NCBI GenBank assembly: GCA_043821785.1
Contig: JBDRCK010000037.1
Coordinates: 17,820-81,819 of the forward strand
DNA from: a bacterium
Lineage (GTDB): Bacteria; Patescibacteriota; Microgenomatia; UBA1406; GWC2-37-13
DNA: 64,000 nucleotides
Direction of reading: 5' to 3'
The notes below the pieces were generated by a model that was given only the letters and a program-made list of their open reading frames with translations, had not been told where the DNA came from and ran no database searches. Shown in pieces: positions 27,211 through 36,237 of the stretch (position 1 is its first letter; the number at the start of each line of letters is the position of its first letter). A program made the position numbers and the translations under genes.

Positions 27211-28326
27211 ATGTTTTATTATGCATTATTCTTTTTGTTCTCTCTCGGTCAAATAGGAAGAATATCTATCTATAATCAACAGGTTAATTTTTACTTGTAT
27301 GAAATACTTTTATTTTCTTTATTTTTATATTTATTTAACAAATTTAAATTCAAACCTCTTTCACAAAACAAAAAAAAATGGCTTTTATACTTTCCAATAG
27401 TATTATTTTTAAGTTTTTTAATAACGTTTAACAGATACTCTCAAATAGGAAATTTAGTTAGCTTTTTATATTTTTTAAGAACATCTTTTTATTTTATTTT
27501 TATTGTATATTTGAATTTTTTTATTAAGAAACAAAAGGATTTAAAAGAATTAATAAATTATGGACTAATATTATTTATAACTTTAACTATTGTCACATCT
27601 TTTCTACAATACTTTTTATATCCTAACTTACGTAATTTAGTCTATCTTGGTTGGGATCCACATATTTTTAGAATATTTGGAGTATTTTTAGATACCTCAA
27701 TAGCTTCGGCCATTTTTGGCCTAATACTTTTATACTTAATATTAAATTATAAAAAGTTTATTTTTTCAACGTTTTCTAAAGTTTTACTTATTATTGCATA
27801 TTCATTTCTTGGTCTTTTGACATACTCTCGTGGTTTTTATATATCGATATTTATAACTCTGATATATTATCTGTTGCTAAAGAAAAAAATTAAATATTTA
27901 ATGATTATTTTATTTATTTTTGTATCTGCTTTATTTTTTTTACCTAAACCTTTTGGTGAAGGTGTAAATTTATTAAGAACTTATTCTATAACTTCAAGAA
28001 TAGCTGATTATAAACAAGGTTTTTCTATCTGGAAAGAAAACCCTGTTTTTGGAATAGGTTATGGTCACTTAAAAGAATTTAGAGAAAGTATTGCACAACT
28101 TCCATCTCATTCGCTATCAGCTTTTCAATCAAGCTTTATGACTATTTTAGCAACAGCTGGTTTACTAGGATTAGTTGTATTCTTTTTAGCCTTAAAAAAT
28201 CTCTGGTTTTATAGTAAAAGTGCTAAATATTATGTCTTATTTTTATCGATATTCTCATTAATGGATAACATCCTGCTTCATCCATTTATTCTTTTTCTTC
28301 TTTTATTTCTCGTAAATGATAGTTAA
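27211..28326 (+). CDS. O-antigen ligase / Wzy-like polymerase family membrane protein
   Basis: About 10 TM segments, SRGFYISIFITLIYYLL (Wzy_C-like SRG motif) and a periplasmic loop with GIGYGH. Confidence 0.65.
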   Translation: MFYYALFFLFSLGQIGRISIYNQQVNFYLYEILLFSLFLYLFNKFKFKPLSQNKKKWLLYFPIVLFLSFLITFNRYSQIGNLVSFLYFLRTSFYFIFIVYLNFFIKKQKDLKELINYGLILFITLTIVTSFLQYFLYPNLRNLVYLGWDPHIFRIFGVFLDTSIASAIFGLILLYLILNYKKFIFSTFSKVLLIIAYSFLGLLTYSRGFYISIFITLIYYLLLKKKIKYLMIILFIFVSALFFLPKPFGEGVNLLRTYSITSRIADYKQGFSIWKENPVFGIGYGHLKEFRESIAQLPSHSLSAFQSSFMTILATAGLLGLVVFFLALKNLWFYSKSAKYYVLFLSIFSLMDNILLHPFILFLLLFLVNDS

Positions 28327-28992
28327 TGTGAGCTCTTCAGAATTTCCTGCCTCATCTTCGGCAGTTATTATTATTTTATTTTCTCCATCTTTAAGCTGTA
28401 CAGATTGATCAAAATTTCCGGTTGAACTAATTGATGTTGGAAAACCGCCTATACGTAGTGAAACGTTTGGATCGGTTTGACCAACTATTCTTATTTCTGA
28501 TTTTGGTGTGATTAAATTGTCTGATGGCGAAGAAACTTCAATTTTAGGCTTTGAAGTTTTAGATACAATAGAGTAAGTATCTGTTTTCTTTCTTTTTGAA
28601 GAGTTTTTAACTTCACCTACAAAGTAAACTTTATTTTCTCCGTTTACTAAATTGTCAATAAGAGCGCTGAATTCATTTTTTGACGAAATAGATAGCGTTT
28701 TAATCTCTTCGTTATTTAAAAATATGATTATAGAGTCGATATTGTATGTATTTCCAGATATTTTAAGTTGTGAACTATTAGTTGCTGAAGGTATTTCGTT
28801 TATATTAATTTCTGCAAGAGTTTCATTTTGATATTGACCAGTATCTGTTTTATTTCCAAACATGTTTGCAATATAAACAGACCCATTTATTATTAGTTTA
28901 AAGCCAACAGTAAATATCGCAAATGCTACAATTAAAATAATCGCTAAGTATATTAAAGCTTTTTTTCTTTTATGGTGTAATAGTCTTGACAT
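28303..28992 (-). CDS. Membrane-anchored extracellular protein with Ig-like/beta-sandwich repeats
   Basis: N-terminal basic stretch plus TM (KKALIYLAIILIVAFAIFTV). Repeated GENK(V/I) ... patterns typical of Ig-like fold surface proteins. Its 3' end overlaps the convergent wzy-like gene by 24 nt. Confidence 0.5.
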   Translation of the reverse strand: MSRLLHHKRKKALIYLAIILIVAFAIFTVGFKLIINGSVYIANMFGNKTDTGQYQNETLAEININEIPSATNSSQLKISGNTYNIDSIIIFLNNEEIKTLSISSKNEFSALIDNLVNGENKVYFVGEVKNSSKRKKTDTYSIVSKTSKPKIEVSSPSDNLITPKSEIRIVGQTDPNVSLRIGGFPTSISSTGNFDQSVQLKDGENKIIITAEDEAGNSEELTLTIIYEK

Positions 28993-29008
28993 TTTCTTTA
29001 TAAACTTG

Positions 29009-29079
29009 AGCCACTCGGTAGAATCGAACTACCATCGACGGTTTACGAAACCGCTGCTCTACCATTGAGCTAGAGTGGC
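29009..29079 (-). tRNA. tRNA-Thr (anticodon CGT)
   Basis: Manual cloverleaf on the minus strand: GCCACTC/GAGTGGC acceptor, GCTC-AATGGTA-GAGC, GCGGT-TTCGTAA-ACCGT, 4-nt variable loop, GGTAG-TTCGATT-CTACC. Confidence 0.8.
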
Positions 29080-29080
29080 A

Positions 29081-29264
29081 ACGCTCCTTGTCCATCCGTA
29101 GTCCTGCTTATCAGGACGTAGGAGGATGCCAACTGAGCTACATCGGCTATTCCTATTATATAACAGATTGAGCGGAATACGGGAACCCTCCTTCGTTCTT
29201 ACCACTTCGCTCAAAAAGCTCCGAGGGACAAGTCGAACTACGGAAGGGCGCTGTCGAACCCGTG
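29081..29264 (-). ncRNA. Unassigned GC-rich structured RNA candidate between tRNA-Thr and tRNA-Gly (strand inferred from the flanking tRNAs and T-loop-like motifs)
   Basis: Much more GC-rich than its surroundings. Terminal inverted repeats 29095-29102 / 29237-29244 (8 bp) and 29082-29089 / 29244-29250. Internal hairpins 29101-29117 (6 bp) and 29170-29212. tRNA-like modules GCCGATGTAGCTCAGTTGG, GGGTTCGAC and AGTTCGAC. It does not fold as a canonical tRNA in my manual attempts. Confidence 0.5.
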
Positions 29265-29336
29265 AGCGGTGGATGGGATTTGAACCCACGACCTTCTCCT
29301 TGGGAAGGAGACATTCTACCGCTGAACTACCACCGC
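29265..29336 (-). tRNA. tRNA-Gly (anticodon CCC)
   Basis: Minus strand: GCGGTGG/CCACCGC acceptor, GTTC-AGCGGTA-GAAT, TCTCC-TTCCCAA-GGAGA, GTGGG-TTCAAAT-CCCAT. Confidence 0.85.
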
Positions 29337-29420
29337 AAAACATTAGAATTTTAACAAATCAATTAAATTAAAACACACGAATTATTCTTAGATATTTGAA
29401 CTTGCTTATTATTAAGCCAG

Positions 29421-30011
29421 TTAGGGGAGATTGAGTATTTGTCCTATTTCTAAATAGTTTGGGTTTGTAAGATTATTTAAATTTGCAATTTCAACCCACT
29501 TGTAAGGATTACCATAAAGATCTTGAGCTATTTTCCAAAGATAATCGCCAGAAACTACAGTATATGTAGTTTCATTTGTAACCAACGAATCAATACTTGA
29601 AGTTTCACCTTCCATTTTAGTCATTTCCTTTACTTCAACTTCTGGCAAAATTAATTCTTGACCAGGCTCAATTAAATTTGGGTCTGCAATATTATTTGCT
29701 TTAGCTATATCGTAAGCATTAAAACCTGATCCATACGCCCCTTCTGCTATTTTCCATAAATAATCTCCCTCTTTAACCTTATAGATATTAGATTCTACTT
29801 CTAGTTGTTCATCTTTATTACCAGTAAATAAGTCTTTTATTTTAGAAAGTGTTGACTTTTTAGAAATATTTTTTGGAGTAGTCGATCCTTGATAGGAATA
29901 AGCGATTAATATTATTAAAATTATTAATACAACTAATCCAATTGTAAAATTTACAGGTCTTTTTTTGATAGAATTTACAAGATCGTTATATCTTTGTTTC
30001 AAATCGGTCAT
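29421..30011 (-). CDS. Membrane-anchored protein with two LysM peptidoglycan-binding domains
   Basis: N-terminal TM. Two repeats: Y.V..GDYLWKIA...YG......IA.(A/L)NN(I/L).(D/N)PN.(I/L)E.GQ.L.LP. Confidence 0.85.
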   Translation of the reverse strand: MTDLKQRYNDLVNSIKKRPVNFTIGLVVLIILIILIAYSYQGSTTPKNISKKSTLSKIKDLFTGNKDEQLEVESNIYKVKEGDYLWKIAEGAYGSGFNAYDIAKANNIADPNLIEPGQELILPEVEVKEMTKMEGETSSIDSLVTNETTYTVVSGDYLWKIAQDLYGNPYKWVEIANLNNLTNPNYLEIGQILNLP

Positions 30012-30090
30012 AATATTATAAGTATTTATATATTAATTTTGATTAAACTATAGCAAATTAAATATTCTTGTCAAGTAAAAAAATATTAAG

Positions 30091-31875
30091 ATGGTAAATC
30101 AGGACAAATATACTAATCGTGAAATAGCACATTTACTCCGCAGTATAGCTGCAGCATATCTTATAAAAAAAGAAAACAGGTTTAAAATAATAGCCTATGA
30201 AAATTCTGCAGAAGTTGTAGAAAAACTTGCAAGAGAGATAAAGGACGTTTGGAAAGAAGGAAAAATTTATTCAATTGATGGTATAGGGCAAAAAATTGGT
30301 TCTTGCTTAGATGGTTATCTAAAAACAGGTCAATCAAAACATTTTCAGACTATCTTAAAGGGAATTCCAGAGTCAGTTTTTGAAATGATGAAAATTCCAT
30401 CCGTAGGACCTATGAAAGCATATGATTTAGCAAAAAAATTGAATATTAATAACAAAAATACAGCCATTAAAGAGTTAATAAAGGCAGTGAAACATAACAA
30501 AATTGCCAGTTTAGATAAATTTGGTAAAAAGTCTCAAACAACAATCTTAGATGGAATAAAAATTTATAAAAAAAGAAGGACAAAAACTATTCGTACTCCA
30601 TTACCTTTTGCGTATCAGGGAGCTATAGAAATAAAACAGTATTTATTAAAAAATTCTTATATAAAAAAAGTTGAAATTTTAGGTTCATTAAGAAGAATGT
30701 GCACAACTATTGGAGATGTTGACATTGCTATAGAAGTAAGTGATAACAACAAAAAAACAGTTATTCAATATATTTTAGATTATCCTCATAAAATATCTGT
30801 AGACAACGCAGGACTAAATAAAATTTCATTAATAATTACTTCAGGTATGAGAGTTGACATTAGATTACAAAAAAAAGTAACTTTTGGCACGTTATTACAA
30901 TATCTCACAGGTAGCAAGCTCCATAATATTAGACTTCGAGAATACGCTCAAAAAAAAGGCTTATCAATTTCAGAATATGGAATTAAAGAAATTAAAAAAG
31001 GAAAAAAAATGGTAAATCACGTATATGCAAATGAAAAAGATCTTTATAACTTTTTAGGTCTTAAATATATCCCTGCTGAAATTAGAGAAGGAACAAATGA
31101 AATTGAAGTATTTCAAAAAAAAGCATTACAACTAATAAATCTAAAAGATATTAAAGGGGATTTTCATATACACTCAAACTATCAAATAAAATCTTCACAT
31201 GATTACGGTACTGCTTCTTATTCACAAATTGCTGATTATGCTACTAAATTAAAATACGATTACGTTGGATTTGCTGATCATAATCCAAGAATTACAGGGC
31301 ATGATAAAGACGACATTATAGCTATATTAAAAAAAAGAAAAGAAACTATTAAAAATCAAATGAAAGGTAAAAAAATTAAATATTTTATTGGTTTAGAAGT
31401 AGATATATTAACAAACGGCACGTTAGCGATTCCACAAGAAGGTTTTAAATACTTAGACTATGTGGTAGTTGGAATTCACAGTTCTTTTAGTAAGGGAGTA
31501 AAAGATATGACCAATCGAGTAATCAAAGGGTTAAATAACAAAAAAGTTAAAGTTTTAGCTCATCCCACAGGAAGATTAATTGGTAAAAGAGAAGGTTTTG
31601 AGCTTAATTGGAATAAAATATTTAGCTTCTGCAAAGTAAGAAATATCGCAATAGAAATAAATTCTTGGCCAGAAAGACTAGATTTACCAGATACTCTTGT
31701 CAAAAAAGCTATTAATTCAGGAGTGAAGCTTATCATTAACACAGATGCGCATGATAATTCACATATGGACAATATGTTTTATGGAGTATCCGTAGCTAGA
31801 CGCGGTTGGGCTGAAAAAACTGATATAATAAATACATACAGTATTAAAGATTTAGAAAAATGGATAAGGAGGTGA
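30091..31875 (+). CDS. polX: DNA polymerase X family protein with C-terminal PHP phosphoesterase domain
   Basis: N-terminal 8-kDa/HhH region ([24 protein letters not shown]), [17 protein letters not shown] nucleotidyltransferase motif, PHP domain GDFHIHSNY ... NTDAHD. Confidence 0.85.
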   Translation: MVNQDKYTNREIAHLLRSIAAAYLIKKENRFKIIAYENSAEVVEKLAREIKDVWKEGKIYSIDGIGQKIGSCLDGYLKTGQSKHFQTILKGIPESVFEMMKIPSVGPMKAYDLAKKLNINNKNTAIKELIKAVKHNKIASLDKFGKKSQTTILDGIKIYKKRRTKTIRTPLPFAYQGAIEIKQYLLKNSYIKKVEILGSLRRMCTTIGDVDIAIEVSDNNKKTVIQYILDYPHKISVDNAGLNKISLIITSGMRVDIRLQKKVTFGTLLQYLTGSKLHNIRLREYAQKKGLSISEYGIKEIKKGKKMVNHVYANEKDLYNFLGLKYIPAEIREGTNEIEVFQKKALQLINLKDIKGDFHIHSNYQIKSSHDYGTASYSQIADYATKLKYDYVGFADHNPRITGHDKDDIIAILKKRKETIKNQMKGKKIKYFIGLEVDILTNGTLAIPQEGFKYLDYVVVGIHSSFSKGVKDMTNRVIKGLNNKKVKVLAHPTGRLIGKREGFELNWNKIFSFCKVRNIAIEINSWPERLDLPDTLVKKAINSGVKLIINTDAHDNSHMDNMFYGVSVARRGWAEKTDIINTYSIKDLEKWIRR

Positions 31876-31879
31876 TTTT

Positions 31880-32437
31880 ATGAACTTAACAACATTTATA
31901 ATTGGAATAATTGTTTTATTTAGTGTTTATATTGTTGCAATTTATAATAGTTTTGTTGTTTTAAAAGCTAGAATTGAAGAAGCTTTTTCTGGTATTGACG
32001 TACAGCTTAAAAGAAGAACTGATTTGATTCCAAATTTGGTTTCAACAGTAAAAGGTTATGCAAAACATGAAAAAAAAGTATTTGAAAACGTAACTAAAGC
32101 TCGTTCTGGCTTAATGAAAGCAAATACTATTGATGAAAAAGCAAAAGCAAATAATATGTTAACTGAAAGTTTGAAAACGTTATTTGCCGTAGCAGAAAAT
32201 TATCCAGAGCTAAAGGCAAGCACAAATTTTCAAGATTTACAAAGACAGCTTGAAGATACAGAAGATAAAATCGCCTATTCCAGACAATTTTATAATTCCA
32301 ACGTGCTTGATTACAATACAAAGATAAGATCTTTTCCATCAAATATAATTGCAAATTGGTTTAAATTTGTAGCAAATACATATTTTGAAACACCAGAAGA
32401 CGAGAAGAAAAATGTTAAAGTAGACTTTTCTTCTTAG
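31880..32437 (+). CDS. lemA: LemA family membrane protein
   Basis: N-terminal TM, then [33 protein letters not shown], typical of LemA. Confidence 0.85.
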   Translation: MNLTTFIIGIIVLFSVYIVAIYNSFVVLKARIEEAFSGIDVQLKRRTDLIPNLVSTVKGYAKHEKKVFENVTKARSGLMKANTIDEKAKANNMLTESLKTLFAVAENYPELKASTNFQDLQRQLEDTEDKIAYSRQFYNSNVLDYNTKIRSFPSNIIANWFKFVANTYFETPEDEKKNVKVDFSS

Positions 32438-32439
32438 AA

Positions 32440-33330
32440 ATGAACATCTATAACGCAGTTTCAGCAAATAAAGCTAAATCAAGTATATTTATTATTATTT
32501 TTATACTTTTTTTTAGTTTTGTATTTTATCTTATTGGAAACGCTATTGGAGACCCTAAATTCTTCTTTATACTGGGATTTAGTATTTCAATATTTTCAGG
32601 TTTTTTTTCTTATTTCTATTCTGACAAATATATAGTGTTTGTAACTAAAGCTAAACCTGCAACAAAAAAACAATATTTTGATTACTATACGGTGGTGGAA
32701 AACTTATCTATAGCTGCAGGTTTACCGATGCCAAAACTTTATGTTATAGAATCTCCTGCATTAAACGCCTTTGCAACAGGTAGAAATCCAAAACATGCTT
32801 TAGTTTGTGTAACAACTGGTTTATTAGAAATATTAGAAAGAGCTGAAATAGAAGGAGTTGTTTCTCATGAATTAAGTCACGTAAAAAACTATGATATTTT
32901 AATAGCTTCAATCGTATCAGTACTTGTCGGTACGCTTATATTATCAATTGATTTTATATCAAGAGGTTGGTTATATGGAAGAATTAATCGAGATAATAGA
33001 AATAATTCATATTTAACAATTATTATGCTCTTATTAGTATTTATACTTACCCCTATATTAGCTACTTTAATTCAACTATCTATATCTAGAAAAAGGGAAT
33101 ATCTAGCAGATGCAAGTGGAGCTTTGTTAACAAGAAATCCAGAAGGTTTAGCTAAAGCACTTGAAAAATTAGCATCAGATAAACAACCATTGGCTTCAGC
33201 TTCAGGTGCAACTGCCCATCTTTTTATTTCAAACCCTATAAAAGAAAGAGATGTTAAAAGTAAAATCGCTTCTTTCTTTAATACTCATCCTCCGATACAA
33301 GAAAGAATTAAAATACTAAGACAAATGTAA
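32440..33330 (+). CDS. htpX: M48-family zinc metalloprotease (HtpX-like)
   Basis: HELSHVKNYD (HEXXH), 4 TM segments, SRKREYLADASGA, C-terminal HPPIQERI. Confidence 0.85.
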   Translation: MNIYNAVSANKAKSSIFIIIFILFFSFVFYLIGNAIGDPKFFFILGFSISIFSGFFSYFYSDKYIVFVTKAKPATKKQYFDYYTVVENLSIAAGLPMPKLYVIESPALNAFATGRNPKHALVCVTTGLLEILERAEIEGVVSHELSHVKNYDILIASIVSVLVGTLILSIDFISRGWLYGRINRDNRNNSYLTIIMLLLVFILTPILATLIQLSISRKREYLADASGALLTRNPEGLAKALEKLASDKQPLASASGATAHLFISNPIKERDVKSKIASFFNTHPPIQERIKILRQM

Positions 33331-33334
33331 AAAT

Positions 33335-35908
33335 ATGTGTGGAATAGCAGGTATCTACGGTCAAAATAACAATTTATTACTTGATAGTTTTTCTAAAAAT
33401 TTAATTCGTAGAGGCCCTGATGAAGAAGGTCGATATTTAGATAATAGCATATCAATGCTTATTAGAAGACTTTCAATAATTGACTTAAATGGAGGATCGC
33501 AACCAAAATTTAGTGAAAATAAACAAATCGTAGTTACTTTTAATGGAGAAATCTATAATTTTAAAAAACTAAGTGATCAGTTAGTTAACCTAGGGCATAA
33601 AATAGTAAGTAAATCAGATACTGAAATTATAGCTCACGCTTACGAGCAATGGGGAACCAATGCTTTTAATAAATTTGATGGTATGTTTTCAATTGCTATA
33701 TATGACAAAATTGAAGATAAGCTTATTCTTGTTAGAGATCAATTTGGTATTAAACCTCTTTATTATACTAATCTAAAAAATACAAAAAACTTACAACTTA
33801 TCTATTCTTCAGAAATTAAACCCCTTATATATTCAGGTCTAGTAGAAGCATTGCCTGATGATAAAACAATATATCGTTATCTAAAGTTTAGAGTACATGA
33901 TGATAATCAAAATACTTTTTTTAAAAATATATATAGATTGCTTCCAGGGGAAATGCTAACAATTAAGGATAATAAAGTCCACAAAGAAATATACTCGAAT
34001 TTAAATACTCTATCGATGTATCGATATAACGATAATGGAAAAAATAAGGAGGAATTAACAGTAAAGTTTAAAAAAATATTAAAGAAATCTGTCAATGATA
34101 GGCTTATTTCGGATGTTCCAGTAGGCACTTGTTTATCTGGAGGATTAGACTCCTCAACTGTAGTTGCTTTGGTTAATAACTTTAAAACTCAAAAAACTAA
34201 AGAATCAAACTCAATCGGGCCAAGACAAAATACTTTTTCAGCTATTTTTCCAGGATTTTCAAATGATGAAGAAAAATATGTTGATGAATTATCCAAAAGA
34301 TATAAAAATCTTTTAGTCAATAAAATACACCTAAATTTCAATGAATTTCAAAAAGACTTAAAAGATTTTATCAAAACTCAAGAAGAGCCAACAATAAGTA
34401 CAGGACCTTACGCCCAGTACAAAGTATTTCAAGAGGCTAAAAAACATGTTAAGGTAGTATTAGATGGCCAAGGTGCTGATGAAATGTTAGCTGGGTATAA
34501 TCCTTATTTTTTTGTTTATTTCCAACAACTTTTTAAACAAAGAAAATATTTTTTACTAATTAAAGAGAGCGTCCTATCTTTTGATGTAATTATAAGATCT
34601 TTTGCACAAAAGAATAAATTTAATATAAAAAATCTTCTTAGCTCATCATTTTGTAACTCTTACAAAAACTTAAAATTTAAGGTGACAAGCGATAACTTAA
34701 AAAAAAGGTTGTATGAAGATATATTTAAAAACAGTTTACAAGCCCTTCTTAGATATGAAGATAAAAATAGCATGCGATTTTCAATTGAAGGCAGAGTACC
34801 TTTTTGTCAAAAGGATTTGGTTAATTTAATTTTTTCACTACCAGATAACCAAATTATCAATAACGGGAATAACAAAGCCATATTAAGAAACTCTTTCAAA
34901 AATATCTTGCCTAAGCTTATTCGAAATAGAAGAAATAAGATAGGATTTACAACACCTGAATATGAATGGTTTAAAAATAATTTTAAGTTTATTGAAAAAA
35001 TATTTTTAAGTGAAAGTTTTGGGCAAAGAAAATACTTTAGTCAGACTCATGTTATGAGTTACCTCAAAGAATTTGTAAAAGGGAATATAACAGATACATT
35101 AGTGCTTTGGAGACTGGCAAACGTTGAATTATGGCTAAGGGAATTTATAGATAAAAAGGAAGAAAAAGTAAAATATCCTATAATCCAACATATCCTAAAA
35201 CTAAAGGAAGGTAAAAAAAATTTTAATGTTTACATTTTTAAAACTAAGAAATATAAACCAAACAAAAAATTTATTAATAATTTGTCGAATGATTTTATAG
35301 AGGCTAATCAACAAATTCCAAAAAAACAGTCAGGAAATAAAAATAAATGGTTTGCGGTAATTTCAGAAAAAGTTATTGCAGTATCTCAAGGGAGGTCTTA
35401 TTTTTTGTGGGACATTAAACCCCGACTGTCTGCAAAAATTTTAAGTAAATTTGTTAATAAAAATCCATCAGGTATTGGGTTGCGTAGCCCATGGACTATG
35501 GAGCTTGCTATAAAAGAAGTTGGTTTAGTAAAAATAGTATTCGCATCTGTACTATCAGCTTTTACAAAAATGTTTGGATTTAAAGGTATATTTTATAAAA
35601 TATTAGGTAGAAAAATAGCGTCTATCGATGGTCCAACAGAATATTCAATTTATCCATCTAATGTATCTGCTAAATTAGGACCTTTAAATCCTCAAGATAC
35701 TGCAGAAAAGATAACTAAGCAAATGCGAACCAAATTAAACAATGATGACAACTTTATGGGGATAGTTATTATAGATGCAAATGACTTAGGTCAAGACGTA
35801 TTAGGAAACTCTACTACAATAAAAAATAAAATAGTAGAAAAAATATTTAAAAATAATCCTATGGGACAAACAAACGAGCAAACACCGCTATCTTTAGTAT
35901 TTTTATAA
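33335..35908 (+). CDS. Fusion protein: glutamine-hydrolysing asparagine synthetase-like (AsnB) N-terminal part plus C-terminal CofE-like (F420-0:gamma-glutamyl ligase family) domain
   Basis: MCGIAG Cys2 Ntn amidotransferase start and CLSGGLDSSTVVAL PP-loop. From about nt 35170 the C-terminal ~240 aa carry WFAVISEKVIAVSQGRSYF, MGIVIIDANDLGQDVLG and NPMGQTNEQTPLSLVFL, resembling CofE motifs. The CofE assignment is from memory of the family pattern. Confidence 0.65.
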   Translation: MCGIAGIYGQNNNLLLDSFSKNLIRRGPDEEGRYLDNSISMLIRRLSIIDLNGGSQPKFSENKQIVVTFNGEIYNFKKLSDQLVNLGHKIVSKSDTEIIAHAYEQWGTNAFNKFDGMFSIAIYDKIEDKLILVRDQFGIKPLYYTNLKNTKNLQLIYSSEIKPLIYSGLVEALPDDKTIYRYLKFRVHDDNQNTFFKNIYRLLPGEMLTIKDNKVHKEIYSNLNTLSMYRYNDNGKNKEELTVKFKKILKKSVNDRLISDVPVGTCLSGGLDSSTVVALVNNFKTQKTKESNSIGPRQNTFSAIFPGFSNDEEKYVDELSKRYKNLLVNKIHLNFNEFQKDLKDFIKTQEEPTISTGPYAQYKVFQEAKKHVKVVLDGQGADEMLAGYNPYFFVYFQQLFKQRKYFLLIKESVLSFDVIIRSFAQKNKFNIKNLLSSSFCNSYKNLKFKVTSDNLKKRLYEDIFKNSLQALLRYEDKNSMRFSIEGRVPFCQKDLVNLIFSLPDNQIINNGNNKAILRNSFKNILPKLIRNRRNKIGFTTPEYEWFKNNFKFIEKIFLSESFGQRKYFSQTHVMSYLKEFVKGNITDTLVLWRLANVELWLREFIDKKEEKVKYPIIQHILKLKEGKKNFNVYIFKTKKYKPNKKFINNLSNDFIEANQQIPKKQSGNKNKWFAVISEKVIAVSQGRSYFLWDIKPRLSAKILSKFVNKNPSGIGLRSPWTMELAIKEVGLVKIVFASVLSAFTKMFGFKGIFYKILGRKIASIDGPTEYSIYPSNVSAKLGPLNPQDTAEKITKQMRTKLNNDDNFMGIVIIDANDLGQDVLGNSTTIKNKIVEKIFKNNPMGQTNEQTPLSLVFL

Positions 35909-35920
35909 AATTAAGTTAGT

Positions 35921-35926
35921 TATAAT
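35921..35926 (+). promoter_or_regulatory. Candidate -10 box (TATAAT) 6 nt upstream of the gatC ATG
   Basis: TATAAT GCAGAT ATG; no Shine-Dalgarno sequence. Confidence 0.35.
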
Positions 35927-35932
35927 GCAGAT

Positions 35933-36235
35933 ATGAAAAAAAGTTTTAAATTAGACAAAAATATTATTAACTACCTAGCATCTTTAGCGAACCTAAAGTT
36001 AAAAGATAAGGAAATACCTTCTTTATTAGATAATTTAGAAGAAACCAGAAAATTCATAGAAAATATTAACGAAATAAATACTAGTGATATTGTCCCTACT
36101 GCACAAACTGGAAAATTAAAAAACATATCGTTCCAAGATGGAGAAAAAAACAATAGAAAGCTAAGTAATACAGAAGTTTTCAAAAACTCAAAAAATCATA
36201 AAGATGGCTTTTTTATAACAAAAAAAATATTGTAA
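35933..36235 (+). CDS. gatC: Asp/Glu-tRNA amidotransferase subunit C
   Basis: About 100 aa with LANLKL..E; position immediately upstream of gatA-gatB. Confidence 0.8.
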   Translation: MKKSFKLDKNIINYLASLANLKLKDKEIPSLLDNLEETRKFIENINEINTSDIVPTAQTGKLKNISFQDGEKNNRKLSNTEVFKNSKNHKDGFFITKKIL

Positions 36236-36237
36236 AT

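Noticed and set aside
15615-29147. Genomic island integrated at tRNA-Val and bounded by the tRNA-like fragment at 29129-29147
   Set aside because: The fragment resembles the 5' (not 3') part of a tRNA and is in inverted orientation. No direct repeat of the tRNA-Val 3' end and no integrase were found, and the intervening glycan genes have local composition. Only the two genes next to the tRNA look foreign.
29059-29371. ORFs 29059-29343 (-) and 29126-29371 (+) in the six-frame track
   Set aside because: They run straight through tRNA-Thr, tRNA-Gly and the GC-rich RNA candidate. The translation (e.g. SSAVECLLPKEKVVGSNP) is the classic artefact of translating tRNA genes.
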